Source: Macrostomum lignano (lineage: Eukaryota). Taken from it: 64,000 bases of DNA. Positions 11,201-22,983 of the stretch are shown in pieces (the first letter of the stretch is position 1; every line of letters begins with the position of its first letter). A program made the translations under genes and the position numbers. The notes under the pieces were generated by a model. It was given only the letters and a program-made list of their open reading frames with translations. It ran no database searches and had not been told where the DNA came from. The DNA is taken from assembly GCA_002269645.1 (NCBI GenBank), contig NIVC01001713.1, positions 62,001-126,000 of the forward strand. Direction: 5' to 3'.

Positions 11201-14200
11201 TGAGTGCCTGTGGCGCTAAAATGAGTGCCTGTGGCGCTAAAATGAGTGCCTGCGGCGCTAAAATGAATGCTGACAAGACGGATTCTAAAAATAATCGGTA
11301 CATGATAATGTGCATTTTCCATATATGAAAATCTTACTCGATGGAGGCGTGCGCGCGCGGCGCCCCCTGTGCGTCCCCCCCCCTAAATCCGCCACTGAAC
11401 CTGCCTCCCCCCCACTTTTTGAAACGTTCCTACGCCTATGGAAAGCCAGATGTGTTTTCCTAAAAAAAATAGTAGTAACACGGAGGCATGATAAAAATTG
11501 CACCTACAAAGTGCTTAATTTATTGCGTGCCCGCTTTTACCTTTGCAGCCAGCTGTAACAAAAGTAGTCTCCATCGTGCGCTCTTGGTGTAATGGTGTTC
11601 GATCGGCAGCTGTTTTTTCAAAGGCACGACAATGGCCAATGGCCAAGAACATAAATTTATTGCTTTATTGCTCTTAGGGAAATTCGACTAAACAGGCTTA
11701 AATTTTTAATATGGTCCCTGTTGTTTACAGTCCATTCCTTTTTCTAATGCCATTTTCACGTGCCCTCCTGTCTCCGGGCCTTTAATTGGTAATGGAAGTA
11801 GATAGAGAATTTTACCTGAACTTTATGGGGGGGGGGGTTTCACAAACTCGAAATTTCACAACGTCGAAAGCACCTTCTTTCACAAGGTCGAAAGTTCACA
11901 AGGTCGAAATTTCATAACATCGAAAACTCAAATAGCAGCCACTTTCACAAGGTCGAAACTTCACAAGGTCGAAATTTCACAACATCGAAAACTTTAGCAA
12001 AAGACTTCATAAGGTCGAAAATTCACAAGGTCGAAATTTCACAACATCGAAAACTCGAAAAGCAGCCACTTTCATAAGGTAGAAATTTCACAAGGTCGAA
12101 ATTTCACAACATCGAAAACTTTAGCAAGAGACTTCATAAGGTCGAAATTTCATAAGGTCGAAATTTCACAACGTAGAAAACTACTGTATGGTTCTTGATA
12201 GATAAAATTTTCGACTTTGTGAAATTTCGAGCTTATGAAGTTTCGACCTTGTGAAAGTGGCTGCACTTGAGTTTTCAATGTTATGAAATTTCGACCTTGT
12301 GAAATTTCGACCTTATGAAATCTCTTGCTAGATTTTTCGATGTTGTGAAATTTCGACCTTGTGAAGTTTCGACCTTGTGAAAGTGGCTGCTATTTGAGTT
12401 TTCGATGTTGTGAAATTTCGACCTTGTGAAAGCACCCCAACTTTATGAGCGAGAGCCTGCATGGCTAGCAAATTAGCAAATTGTCTGTTGTTGCTCCCAG
12501 AAAACTTGGGGAGAAGTGGCCGAGACTGCTCCAACCCGAACTCAACCCGAAACCTGCAGGCTACAAAGTCGAGGGCCTGTTTCGCAAAACGGGTCACTGC
12601 GCCCGTCAGAAAGCGCTTCATCAACAGCTGACCGCAGGCGCAACGGCGGCAGCCCCCCCGCTGCGGTGCTCCACCGCCCGCACCCAGCCCGATGTCGGAA
12701 TTCCCGACAGCACGGCCGTGCACGACGCTGCCAACGTGCTCAAAATGTTGCTCCGCGGCGGCGACGGTCAGCCGAGCATTTTAAATCAAAGACTGGTGGA
12801 TGTACTTTTGGCGATTGAAGGTACGCATTCGAAACATATTAATCTAGATTTTCACTGAGAATATGAGATTAATCTGATTCATTAAGATTAGTGAGATTAT
12901 GGGGGCACCAATTTAGGCCAAGCAAATGCTATATAAAGAGGGCAACGTCTCCGAACGTTACCTATAGTCTCCTGAGAGAAAATGGGGGTTGGGAGGCCAC
13001 AAGCTTCACACAGTCGGAAAGACTTAACTTGCCAGGAGTCTCGCCATTCTGTAGATTTTGACTATATCCTCCGCCCCCGACTGCGACCCCAGCCTATACA
13101 GCCTTCCCTTCTTACGTAATCAATCAATTCGCAGAGCTAACCAGCGCCGAGTCGCTCTGCGGCCGCACAGATTCCGAGCAGCAGCTGGCCCTCTGTAGGC
13201 AGCATCGCGCTCTTCGCCTGTTCCAACTGCTGCTGCCGGAGACCAACGCGTCGGCTTTGTTGTCCGTCTTGCACCTGCTGAGCCTAGTGGCCTCCTGCCC
13301 GGAGACTCGGATGAGCGTCGGCAGTCTGGGCACGGTCTTCGGACCAGTGCTGCTCGGCGGCGGCGTCGGACAGGTGGGCTTGGACTCATGTGGGTTGGGT
13401 TTCAGCGAATTTTAATTGGTGTCAGTGACGTCTAATTTGGGTGTCAGCGACATCTAATTTGAGTGTCAGCGACATCTAATTTGGGTGTCAGCGACGTCTA
13501 ATTTGGGTGTCAGCGACGTCTAATTTGGGTGTCAGCGACGTCTAATTTGGGTGTCAGCGACATCTAATTTGGGTGTCAGCGACGTCTAATTTGAGTGTCA
13601 GCGACGTCTAATTTGGGTGTCAGCGACGTCTAATTTGGGTGTCAGCGACGTCTAATTTGGGTGTCAGCAACGTCTAATTTGGGTGTCAGCGACGTCTAAT
13701 TTGGGTGTCAGCGACGTCTAACTTTAGCTGTCAGCAATTCTATTTGGGTGTCAGGGGTGTCAAAAACATTCCTTCTTGAACATGTCAATTGTTACTTACA
13801 TAATTTTTACTTAAATTTAATAGGATCAAGCGGAGTTTCATTCGCTGCGGAAGGTTGAACACCTGAACAGGGCTGTCTCACTGCTCATCTCTAATTGCTC
13901 GCTACTTAGCCAGGTAAGCTATAGGGTGATTTCATTTTGGGAAGTTAAAGCCGCTGCTGTTAACGAAGCCTTATGTCCTTCGTCAGTTTATACTAATCAG
14001 GGATTTATGAAATTGATGGCTGCAAAACCAACGAGTTATATAACGAGCTACTTGCCAAAACTAGCGCCTCCGGTGCTGGCGCCTCCGGTGCTGGCGCCTC
14101 CGGTGCTGGCGCCTCCGGTGCTGGCGCCTCCGGTGCTGGCGCCTCCGGTGCTGGCGCCTCCGGTGCTGGCGCCTCCGGTGCTGGCGCCTCCGGTGCTGGC

Positions 14201-15641
14201 GCCTCCGGTGCTGGCGCCTCCGGTGCTGGCGCCTCCGGTGCTGGCGCCTCCGGTGCTGGCGCCTCCGGTGCTGGCGCCTCCGGTGCTGGCGCCTCCGGTG
14301 CTGGCGCCTCCGGTGCTGGCGCCTCCAATGGCTCACATATCAGCGAGTTGCGAAATGCCAAGCATATAGCTATTGAATTGTGCACCATGCTCGCAATGCA
14401 GGTGCCCCGCACCTTCGCGGAGGAGGTGGCTGGCCAATGGTCGGCTCTGCTGCTGCTAGTGCCGGATTCAGCTGGGTCTCCGATCCGATTTACTCGTCCG
14501 GCCGAGCCGGCGGCGGCTGCGGCTGTCAAAGCCGGCGACGATCCAACCGCCGAACTGTGCGCCCACATCCGCCGGATGCCGGAGTCGCGACGGAAGCGCC
14601 AGCTGGAGAAGCGGCTGGCTGAGCAGGAGAAGCTGACCGGATTGTCGCTGGGGCGGCAGAAGCAGCGCCAGGAGCCGCATCGCTCTCTGCAGAAGAGGCT
14701 GCGTTTGAGAAGCTGCACTCGACTTGTCACTCCTGCTGCTGACGCCGCCTGCCAGGGGACAGCGGAGGAGGATAGTGTAAGTGACAGTGTCAGAAGATCG
14801 GGTGAGTGACAGTGCCAGAAGACAGAGTGACAGTGCCAGAAGACAGAGTGACAGTGTCAGAAGATGGAGTGACAGTGTCAGAAGACAGAGTGACAGTGTC
14901 AGAAGACAGAGTGACAGTGTCAGAAGACAGAGTGACAGTGTCAGAAGACAGAGTGACAGTGTCAGAAGACAGAGTGACAGTGTCAGAAGACAGAGTGACA
15001 GTGTCAGAAGACAGAGTGACAGTGCCAGAAGACAGAGTGACAGTGCCAGAAGACAGAGTGAGAGTGCCAGAAGATGGAGTGACAGTGTCAGAAGACAGAG
15101 TGACAGTGTCAGAAGATGGAGTGACAGTGTCAGAAGACAGAGTGACAGTGTCAGAAGACAGAGTGACAGTGTCAGAAGACAGAGTGACAGTGTCAGAAGA
15201 CAGAGTGACAGTGCCAGAAGACAGAGTGACAGTGCCAGAAGACAGAGTGACAGTGTCAGAAGATGGAGTGACAGTGTCAGAAGACAGAGTGACAGTGTCA
15301 GAAGACAGAGTGACAGTGTCACAAGACAGAGTGACAGTGTCACAAGACGGAGTGACAGTGTCAGAAACTGGGGCACTGCCAAACCCGTATAAGCATTATA
15401 ATTGGCCATCGCTGGTCCCCTGGATGCCCTTCAGCTGCAGATTCGCCAGCCGCAGTCCCGACGGCTGTGCCGCAGCGACAGCGGCTCCAATACCCGACCC
15501 AGCGGCGCTTATCGGTCGCTAAGCAACAGTTTCGGTAGCGGCGCCGATTCGAAAAGTTGTAGCTCGCGATCCGGCGGCGCCGTTGCTAATGACAGCAAAA
15601 TTGCGGCGGCGAAATTGCCTTTCCGACAAACAGCACTTTGA
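5247..15641 (+). CDS. ARHGAP19: Rho GTPase-activating protein, ARHGAP19-like (8 exons, ~539 aa)
   Basis: Exons 5247-5270, 5433-5727, 8872-9000, 12560-12820, 13135-13373, 13824-13913, 14402-14776, 15435(or 15441)-15641. All introns are GT-AG with consistent phases; total 1620 nt. Motifs: RHACPDKFRELIRVHLSFLVDLP (ARHGAP19-type N-terminal block), VEGLFRKTG (arginine finger), VHDAANVLKMLLR, MSVGSLGTVFGP, HIRRMPESRRKRQL...QKRLRLRS. Confidence 0.88.
6170..7165 (+). pseudogene. P-element transposase remnants (N-terminal part and extreme C-terminus; catalytic core deleted)
   Basis: Peptides LRELNKKHQRLRARSKSLTEIVKVL, FPPEVRRFASTLHYYSPKAYEYVRNFFRLP, RKWISSVRCLPGFCVQAF and YIRIRMKKIAK...MRQKLLRTAIFLN, recovered across stops and frameshifts. 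Confidence 0.8.
6738..7042. repeat. 34-35-bp minisatellite (~9 copies) inside the P element
   Basis: Unit gctgcagctgttagcacaggtattgagtcacacaa. Confidence 0.95.
7500..7710. repeat. CT-rich low-complexity tract
   Basis: Pyrimidine-rich ctctc/tctcatc run in ARHGAP19 intron 2. Confidence 0.85.
9585..11440. mobile_element. hAT-like MITE of the 3984-4468 family with a greatly expanded 21-bp satellite (~70 copies, ~9750-11270)
   Basis: Same left-arm sequence (ggtatctggcccc..cacattttaa) and same right arm ending tacgcctatg (11431-11440). Unit gcgctaaaatgagtgcctgYg. The left TIR is degenerate and no TSD was found. Confidence 0.8.
11828..12438. mobile_element. Non-autonomous foldback/Mutator-like element built of inverted arrays of short repeats
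   Basis: 9-bp TSD aactttatg (11819-11827 / 12439-12447). G-run / cacccc ends. Left arm repeats ttcacaaggtcgaaa; right arm carries the reverse complement tttcgaccttgtgaa. Confidence 0.8.
13418..13735. repeat. 22-bp intronic minisatellite (ARHGAP19 intron 5)
   Basis: Unit gtgtcagcgacgtctaatttgg, ~14 copies. Confidence 0.95.
14064..14326. repeat. Perfect 15-bp intronic minisatellite (ARHGAP19 intron 6)
   Basis: Unit gcgcctccggtgctg, ~17.5 identical copies. Confidence 0.97.
14777..15366. repeat. 21-bp intronic minisatellite (ARHGAP19 intron 7)
   Basis: Unit gacagtgtcagaagacagagt, ~28 copies, starting at the 5' splice site. Confidence 0.95.
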
Positions 15642-16000
15642 TGATAAACTAGCTACGACAGCCGTTTCCACTGCGTGTATAAGTTTATATTGTTTTGTAG
15701 CAATCTCGTTTACTTCTGCTTTTAAATGCCTGTAAATATGCTAAGTTACATATGTAGATAATGCGGAAAAATATTTAAGTTTTTATAGTGTTAGCGACAA
15801 TATGAAATTTGATTCAACAATTAAGTATGCGTAAATATTGATGTTATATTTTGCACCGTTATTTGGGAACAATAATATAATAATAATTGGTTACAAATAT
15901 ATAATTTTTATTAATAAAGTTAACGATTTGTAAACTAACTAATTTAGCTAGCAAAATTAGTTCTCATCCCTGTATGCTTCCTTCGTTGGAGCCTGAATAA

Positions 16001-16126
16001 TCTGTCTGTCTGTCTGTCTGCCTGTCTGTCTGTCTGTCTGCCTGTCTGCCTGCCTGTCTGTCTGTCTGTCTGTCTGCCTGTCTGCCTGCCTGTCTGTCTG
16101 TCTGTCTGTCTGCCTGTCTGCCTGCC

Positions 16127-16159
<33 letters not shown>

Positions 16160-16192
16160 GCCTGCCTGTCTGTCTGTCTGTCTGTCTGTCTA

Positions 16193-16239
<47 letters not shown>

Positions 16240-16312
16240 GCCTGCCTGTCTGTCTGTCTGTCTGCCTGCCTGTCTGTCTGCCTGTCTGTCTGTCTGTCTG
16301 TCTGCCTGTCTG
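16001..16312. repeat. (TCTG/CCTG)n microsatellite
   Basis: Directly visible tetranucleotide array. Confidence 0.97.
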
Positions 16313-17489
16313 TATATCTGTCGCTCAGACAGATAGGCACACTGCTCTGTCCAGAAGGGTGGAAGGTTTTTTGCATGCACAAATTCAGATTCTGTGCCAA
16401 ATTCTCACGATGTGAAATTCCATGGTTGTGAAAGCGCTCCGCCCCAATGCAAGAGATGAATTGTCCGCAATGTCTGGCAACCTTCTCCCGATTCTCTTTG
16501 CTCCCCTTCTCTCCTGTCCAGTTCTCATGATTCCTATATATTTGGCCTCGATTCCATTACGAGTCGACCAAGCCAACAAACAACTATTCATAAATTATTA
16601 ATTATGTCGCATGCGCCTGTGATGGAACTTCTTGCCTTGAATATTGCCTTCCCGTCTCAGTCTTTGTTTCTACTATATTCTAAGTCTTTGTTTCTATGCA
16701 TACAAAGACTTGGAAATCGGTATTGAATCCTTGGCGGAACAGCTGACAGGACAGGACAGGACCACATTAGAAGCGCTTTCTATAAGTTACTCGAGATAAG
16801 ACTGATGATTACTTACCTAGTCTACAGAGCATAAGGGAGTAGTATCTGAGAAAATGGATAATTTGTTTGAGTTCCCACCGTTAAGCGTCGAATAAGTCAG
16901 TCTATTTAGCAGCCCACTGTGGCGCTGCCAAGCTACAGAACAGACTGCTCAACTATGTTGACTTGATTTCATAACCTTTACAGTTTATGGCAGATTTTGG
17001 CAATCGTCCAAGTTTTAATTTTCCCATTTAACTGGCTATTAACGATCAAAAATATTATTTATACGCTTCTATTCGAAATAATTCTTGCTAAATTAGCAAG
17101 CTAAAACTAAAAACTATAACGAGCATATGACTCACTGTCTCAAGCCTCTTTTGTTCTGAGCTAATACCAAGGCGTCCTATTGGCTAATATACTCGTATAT
17201 AGAACAGGATAAACAGTTTGTCGAATTTGGGAAAACAGCGTTTGGGAAGGGGGGTAACCGAATTATTTTGGACATCAGACATGACAAAAGTTCCGTTTTT
17301 AGACTGGGTGGTCTTCAAAAACAACTTGTATACTCTTAAGTTATATGAATCAGTTTTGCATTTGAAGGACTTCTATATATGTGCCAGTCTGCTTGCTTAT
17401 TATTTAAATATGCTTTTGTGTTTTTGTTTGTTTGTCTGTTTTTGTGCTTCGATTGTAAATTGAATAAAGAATATAATCCGCAGTGCAGT

Positions 17490-18333
17490 CAGGGGCGTCA
17501 CCGCCAAGGATGGGAAATGCTTTGTGCGACCCGTTAATCAACCATTTTTGTCTCCGAGCGCCAAAATATAGCACCGGGGCCAAAATGAGTGCCTGCGGCG
17601 CCAAAATGAGTGCCTGCGGCGCCAAAATGAGTGTCTGCTGCGCCATAATGAGTGCATGCGGCGCCAAAATGAGTGTCTGCTGCGCCAAAATGAGTGTCTG
17701 CTGCGCCAAAATGAGTGCATGCGGCGCCAAAATGAGTGTCTGCGGCGCCAAAATGAGTGTCTGCGGCGCAAAAATGAGTGTCTGCTGCGCCAAAATGAGT
17801 GTCTGCGGCGCAAAAATGAGTGCCTGCGGCGCCAAAATGAGTGCCTGCGGCGCCAAAATGAGTGTCTGCGGCGCAAAAATGAGTGCCTGCGGCGCCAAAA
17901 TGAGTGCCTGCGGCGCCAAAATGAGTGTCTGCTGCGCCATAATGAGTGCATGCGGCGCCAAAATGAGTGTCTGCTGCGCCAAAATGAGTGTCTGCTGCGC
18001 CAAAATGAGTGCATGCGGCGCCAAAATGAGTGTCTGCGGCGCCAAAATGAGTGTCTGCGGCGCAAAAATGAGTGTCTGCTGCGCCAAAATGAGTGTCTGC
18101 GGCGCAAAAATGAGTGCCTGCGGCGCCAAAATGAGTGCCTGCGGCGCCAAAATGAGTGCCTGCGGCGCCAAAATGAGTGTCTGCTGCGCCAAAATGAGTG
18201 CCTGCAGCTCAAAAATGATTGCTGACAACACTGATTCCCAAAATAATGAAGGAATTTAATTGTCATTAAAAATTCTTGGCTTTATTGCCTCTAGGCCTAT
18301 ACTCATAAAATCCATCGCATGACGACGCCTCTG
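17490..18333. mobile_element. hAT-like MITE with a variant of the same 21-bp satellite (~30 copies)
   Basis: Imperfect TIR caggggcgtc / gacgcctctg. Weak TSD agtgcagt / gttccagt. Unit gcgccaaaatgagtgYctgc. A 294-bp (14-monomer) higher-order duplication is marked by cgccataatg at 17641 and 17935. Confidence 0.75.
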
Positions 18334-19045
18334 GTTCCAGTTGTGCAATTGGTTTTAACCCAGCAATTCACTGGCTATAGCTATATATTAGTGTGTAATT
18401 AGGACCAACACATTCCGTCAGATGCAAGTGTGATTGAGGAGATGAGTAGTGCATGATTTTGGTGCAGAGAACTGAAAAAAGCCCTATATCTACATCGCCT
18501 TAAATCCTTTAAATCTGAACTGAAGGAAATTAGGTGGAATAAAATAAAGCTTCTTAATCTCTCGTTGCTAGGTTCCGCTTGCATGATTTCCTCAAGATTT
18601 GATGTCCTCACTTTCTACTACTAAAGCTGATAATTGGTTGGTTTTTATTTGCAGCTTTACAAAACCACGGCAGCTATCTCACCCCAGGTCAGCAACAATT
18701 AATTAGGATTAGAGCCTTATACCCTGTAGTTGCACAATCTTCGCGCCTTGATTTTAGCTTCGTATGCTTCGGTCTTAAGCCTCTTGCCATCTGTATATGC
18801 GCCAGTCATCAAGGGAATGCTTTCAAATCAATTTTAAATAGAAAGCTAGGAGTGGCTTCAGTCAGAATTTTCCAGCAAATCGCCCATGCAATGGCCTTCC
18901 ACCCTCCTCTGAGTCATCAAGGGCCACTCTATATTTTCAAAAGCTCCTTTGGAATTCATGCACAATTTCCTTGTAGTACTACTGTTAAGACTAAGGAGCA
19001 AAACGAAAATAGAAATACAACAAACGCACATATTACCTAAACAGT

Positions 19046-19956
<911 letters not shown>

Positions 19957-20405
19957 TACCCAAACAGTGTGTCAAAGATGATAACAATACAAAAATTGTT
20001 ATAAAAATAAACCAAAGTAATCTAAAAATTAAAATTGCGCTAATTGTCTGCGTGAAATGAAGTTTAAAATTTTGTTAAGCCTTGCCATTTTTCAAACAAC
20101 TTTTTAAATTTATGATAATGTTTTCTAAGATAGTACGTCGTATATTGCCAGCCAGCAATCTTTACATTCGTGATTCGATATTTGATATTAACTGATATAC
20201 CTGATATACTTATTTTAATCACTTACTGGATGAATTGCTCTCCATGAATTTCATACAGTATCTGTTTTATAATTCCTCATTTAAATACTTTTCGTTTCGT
20301 AGCCGTTAAAGATCGTTTGAAGATTCGTAGAAAAGTGTTAAGCCGCTCTTTCAAATTGCTATACTTTTACAAAAAATCGGGTAGTGTAGCTCGCTTGGCG
20401 GCAAT

Positions 20406-20503
20406 CCTGAAGAATCCCGCGTTTAATTATTTTACGGAATTATTTCGCCCTTTATTCAAGGGTGGTGGGGGTGGGGTTTTAATTAAACGCGGGAATCTTC
20501 AGG
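20406..20503. repeat. Small hairpin / mini-MITE (24-bp inverted repeat, 1 mismatch)
   Basis: cctgaagaatcccgcgtttaatta (20406-20429) versus taattaaacgcgggaatcttcagg (20480-20503). Confidence 0.55.
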
Positions 20504-22983
20504 TTAACCCGCTTGGCTAGTAAAAGGAAAATGAATCCGAATTCTTTCCGCCCCGGACTTCACTCTGCCGTACGGACTAACTCATGTGTTCTCCAATATC
20601 GATTTGTTCAATAATTGTTCTAATTTTTCTTGTTTACCTACAACCAACTCCACATATTTATTCGCTAAACCTGTTCAATTTCGTTGTTGAAAAAATAAAC
20701 CTGAAGATGCACCTAGGAGTGCAAAACGCGTTGTTACTTACACAATGTTGATTTTTAGATTCATTTTCCTTTTACAAAAAAGTTCTGATCATACTTTAAA
20801 TGTAACCCTCCAGCAGGCTCCAGCTGGCCTCCTCAGTCCTCTTGAATAATTATTAAATATATTGAATTATACTGGCCAACCAACCATGCATTTTGCCTGA
20901 GCCAGTGAGCCAAAATGACTACTATGTATATTAAGATTAAAGATTTTAGTTTAGTTCAAATTAGCCGTCGTCGACAAGCATAATTGTTCTATATTGTTTA
21001 ACCTAGTCTAGATAATCCACATTTACTCTATATATTTTTTATCATGAGCTGTCAGGCATTCTACTTAGTTAGAGTGTATGATAAACTAATAATCTATCTA
21101 GATGTAGCCAGTTAGTTACCTTAACTGTAGCTAGGACCCTGGGGTATTCACGCTTTTCGGTGCCTGTGCTTTTCAGTGCCCGGCATTGCTGCATTTTGGT
21201 TGCCCTAGCTTGCTTTTTGATGACCTAATTATACATTAGAATTAGACACAAAAATATAGAAATTGAGCCCTAATTTAGCAGTAAGTGCTTTGTCTTTATA
21301 GTACTTATTTACTTTAAAAAACTAAGGTATTACTCATTTTATTTAGCTAAAAATGGAAATCGAAAATGGTTTTTCGGGAATTTTCGATTAGGGATTCGAT
21401 TTAATTTTATGTTGCTAGCCACGTCTCAGCTGCATCAAAATTTTAAACCAATGCCTAAATGCGCTTGTAATAAAATTGTATAGATTATGGTTGCATAGTT
21501 ATGCCCTAAAAGATTTCAGCTCATTAAATAATATTGGCTTCATTTCCTAGGCAGTTTTATGTGTGACAGTGTAATTCATAATTTCGTAGAAGCATCTATC
21601 ATATTTCTTTATCTCACTTGCATACCATACCGTACTACTACTGTATTCTTTCATTTATTTTAACAATATTCCAAACGTATTAATATTGCACTTCTGTTAC
21701 TATTAGCTCATAAATGCCTTATTTTTTGTAGCCTCATATGTATTTATTCTATACTGCTTTTATAAGGAAAATCAAACATTTTGTAAGTTTTTATTCATAG
21801 CCTAGAAAATAATAGAAAATCCACTATGTGGTTAAAGACAAGAAAAAGCTGTCCAATATGTAATACTAAAGCCAACCAATCCTACTTTAGAAGTTTATGG
21901 CAGGGTATAAATCTCTTTAATCTATTTTAACTTCCTATAATATTGTACCTTGAACAACAGCTGCAGCACCCATATATGAATGCAATACAACAAAATCACA
22001 TTTAAATGCATTTGAAAATAATGTAATAAAAATGTGTGAAATATGCATAAAAAATTATTTATTACTTTAGCATTTTGGGCTCCTAGGATAGTCGAATATA
22101 TACTAGCTCATATGTATATCAATAAACAAGGTTATATTTAGAAAAGGAACTAGACCTTTGTGTGCCACACATAGAAGCCTAATATTTTTTATTGTAAAAC
22201 TATTAGCAAAAATGTTTTGTATATGGCTATATATATAAGCTCAAAAGATTAAATGGTCCAATTAAAGACTACTATATACAAGAAAAATTATGTAAGCCAA
22301 AATAGTTCAACATCTTAGTAATTGACTTGCCAATATTAGGCCTATTAGATATAAGAATTATGCACTCCTGTAAGTGTAACTGTATTTATATCCATATAAT
22401 GTAAATCAAAAGTTGTCTAAAAGTAGTCTAGAAGTGGTAAGTTGTATGTAGCCAGTAAAGGACCAAAAAGTATTGCTTGTAGCCACTTCCAACTAGGTAT
22501 TTTATTTTTTTTCCTTATAATTATACTTTGCAACTGGCCATTGTCATGCCTACTTATAGTTATAATTTATAGTCTATGTTTTTGCCTAAAAACCTCAATA
22601 TCCATAACTGTATCCACAGCTATATTTAAACTTTTTTATATCTGGAGCTAGATAAGTAATCTAACTCATGGCTGTGGGCTAGATTAAGAGGTAAGGAAAA
22701 AGATCAAAGAAAAAAAGAAATGGGCAATGAAAGGATAGACAAAATGAAAGTAGAGATGAGAGAGAAGAGACATGGATATTAAGTGGGCCAGATTGCAACT
22801 ATGAAGTTTCAAAGGACCCAAAGGGCTAAATAGAGAGGCTTTGCAGGGCACATGTGGCCCATAGGCTTATTTAACAAATCATTTCACAGCTACTGTGCTA
22901 AGGAAATATAGATTTATTTTGCCAAACTCTAAAGGGAATTTCTAATTAATTAGTGATTTTTAGTCAAACGTTTTGTTTTTCAG

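Noticed and set aside
9827-11328. Many ORFs of MSACGAK / APQALIL / SATGTHF repeats (also 17404-18266)
   Set aside because: Translations of a 21-bp satellite inside MITEs; open only because the unit is a multiple of 3.
13926-15522. Long repetitive ORFs (APPVL, RQSDSVR, TVSEDRV, LTLSLCL)
   Set aside because: They fall in ARHGAP19 introns 6-7 defined by phase-consistent splice sites; these are minisatellite artefacts.
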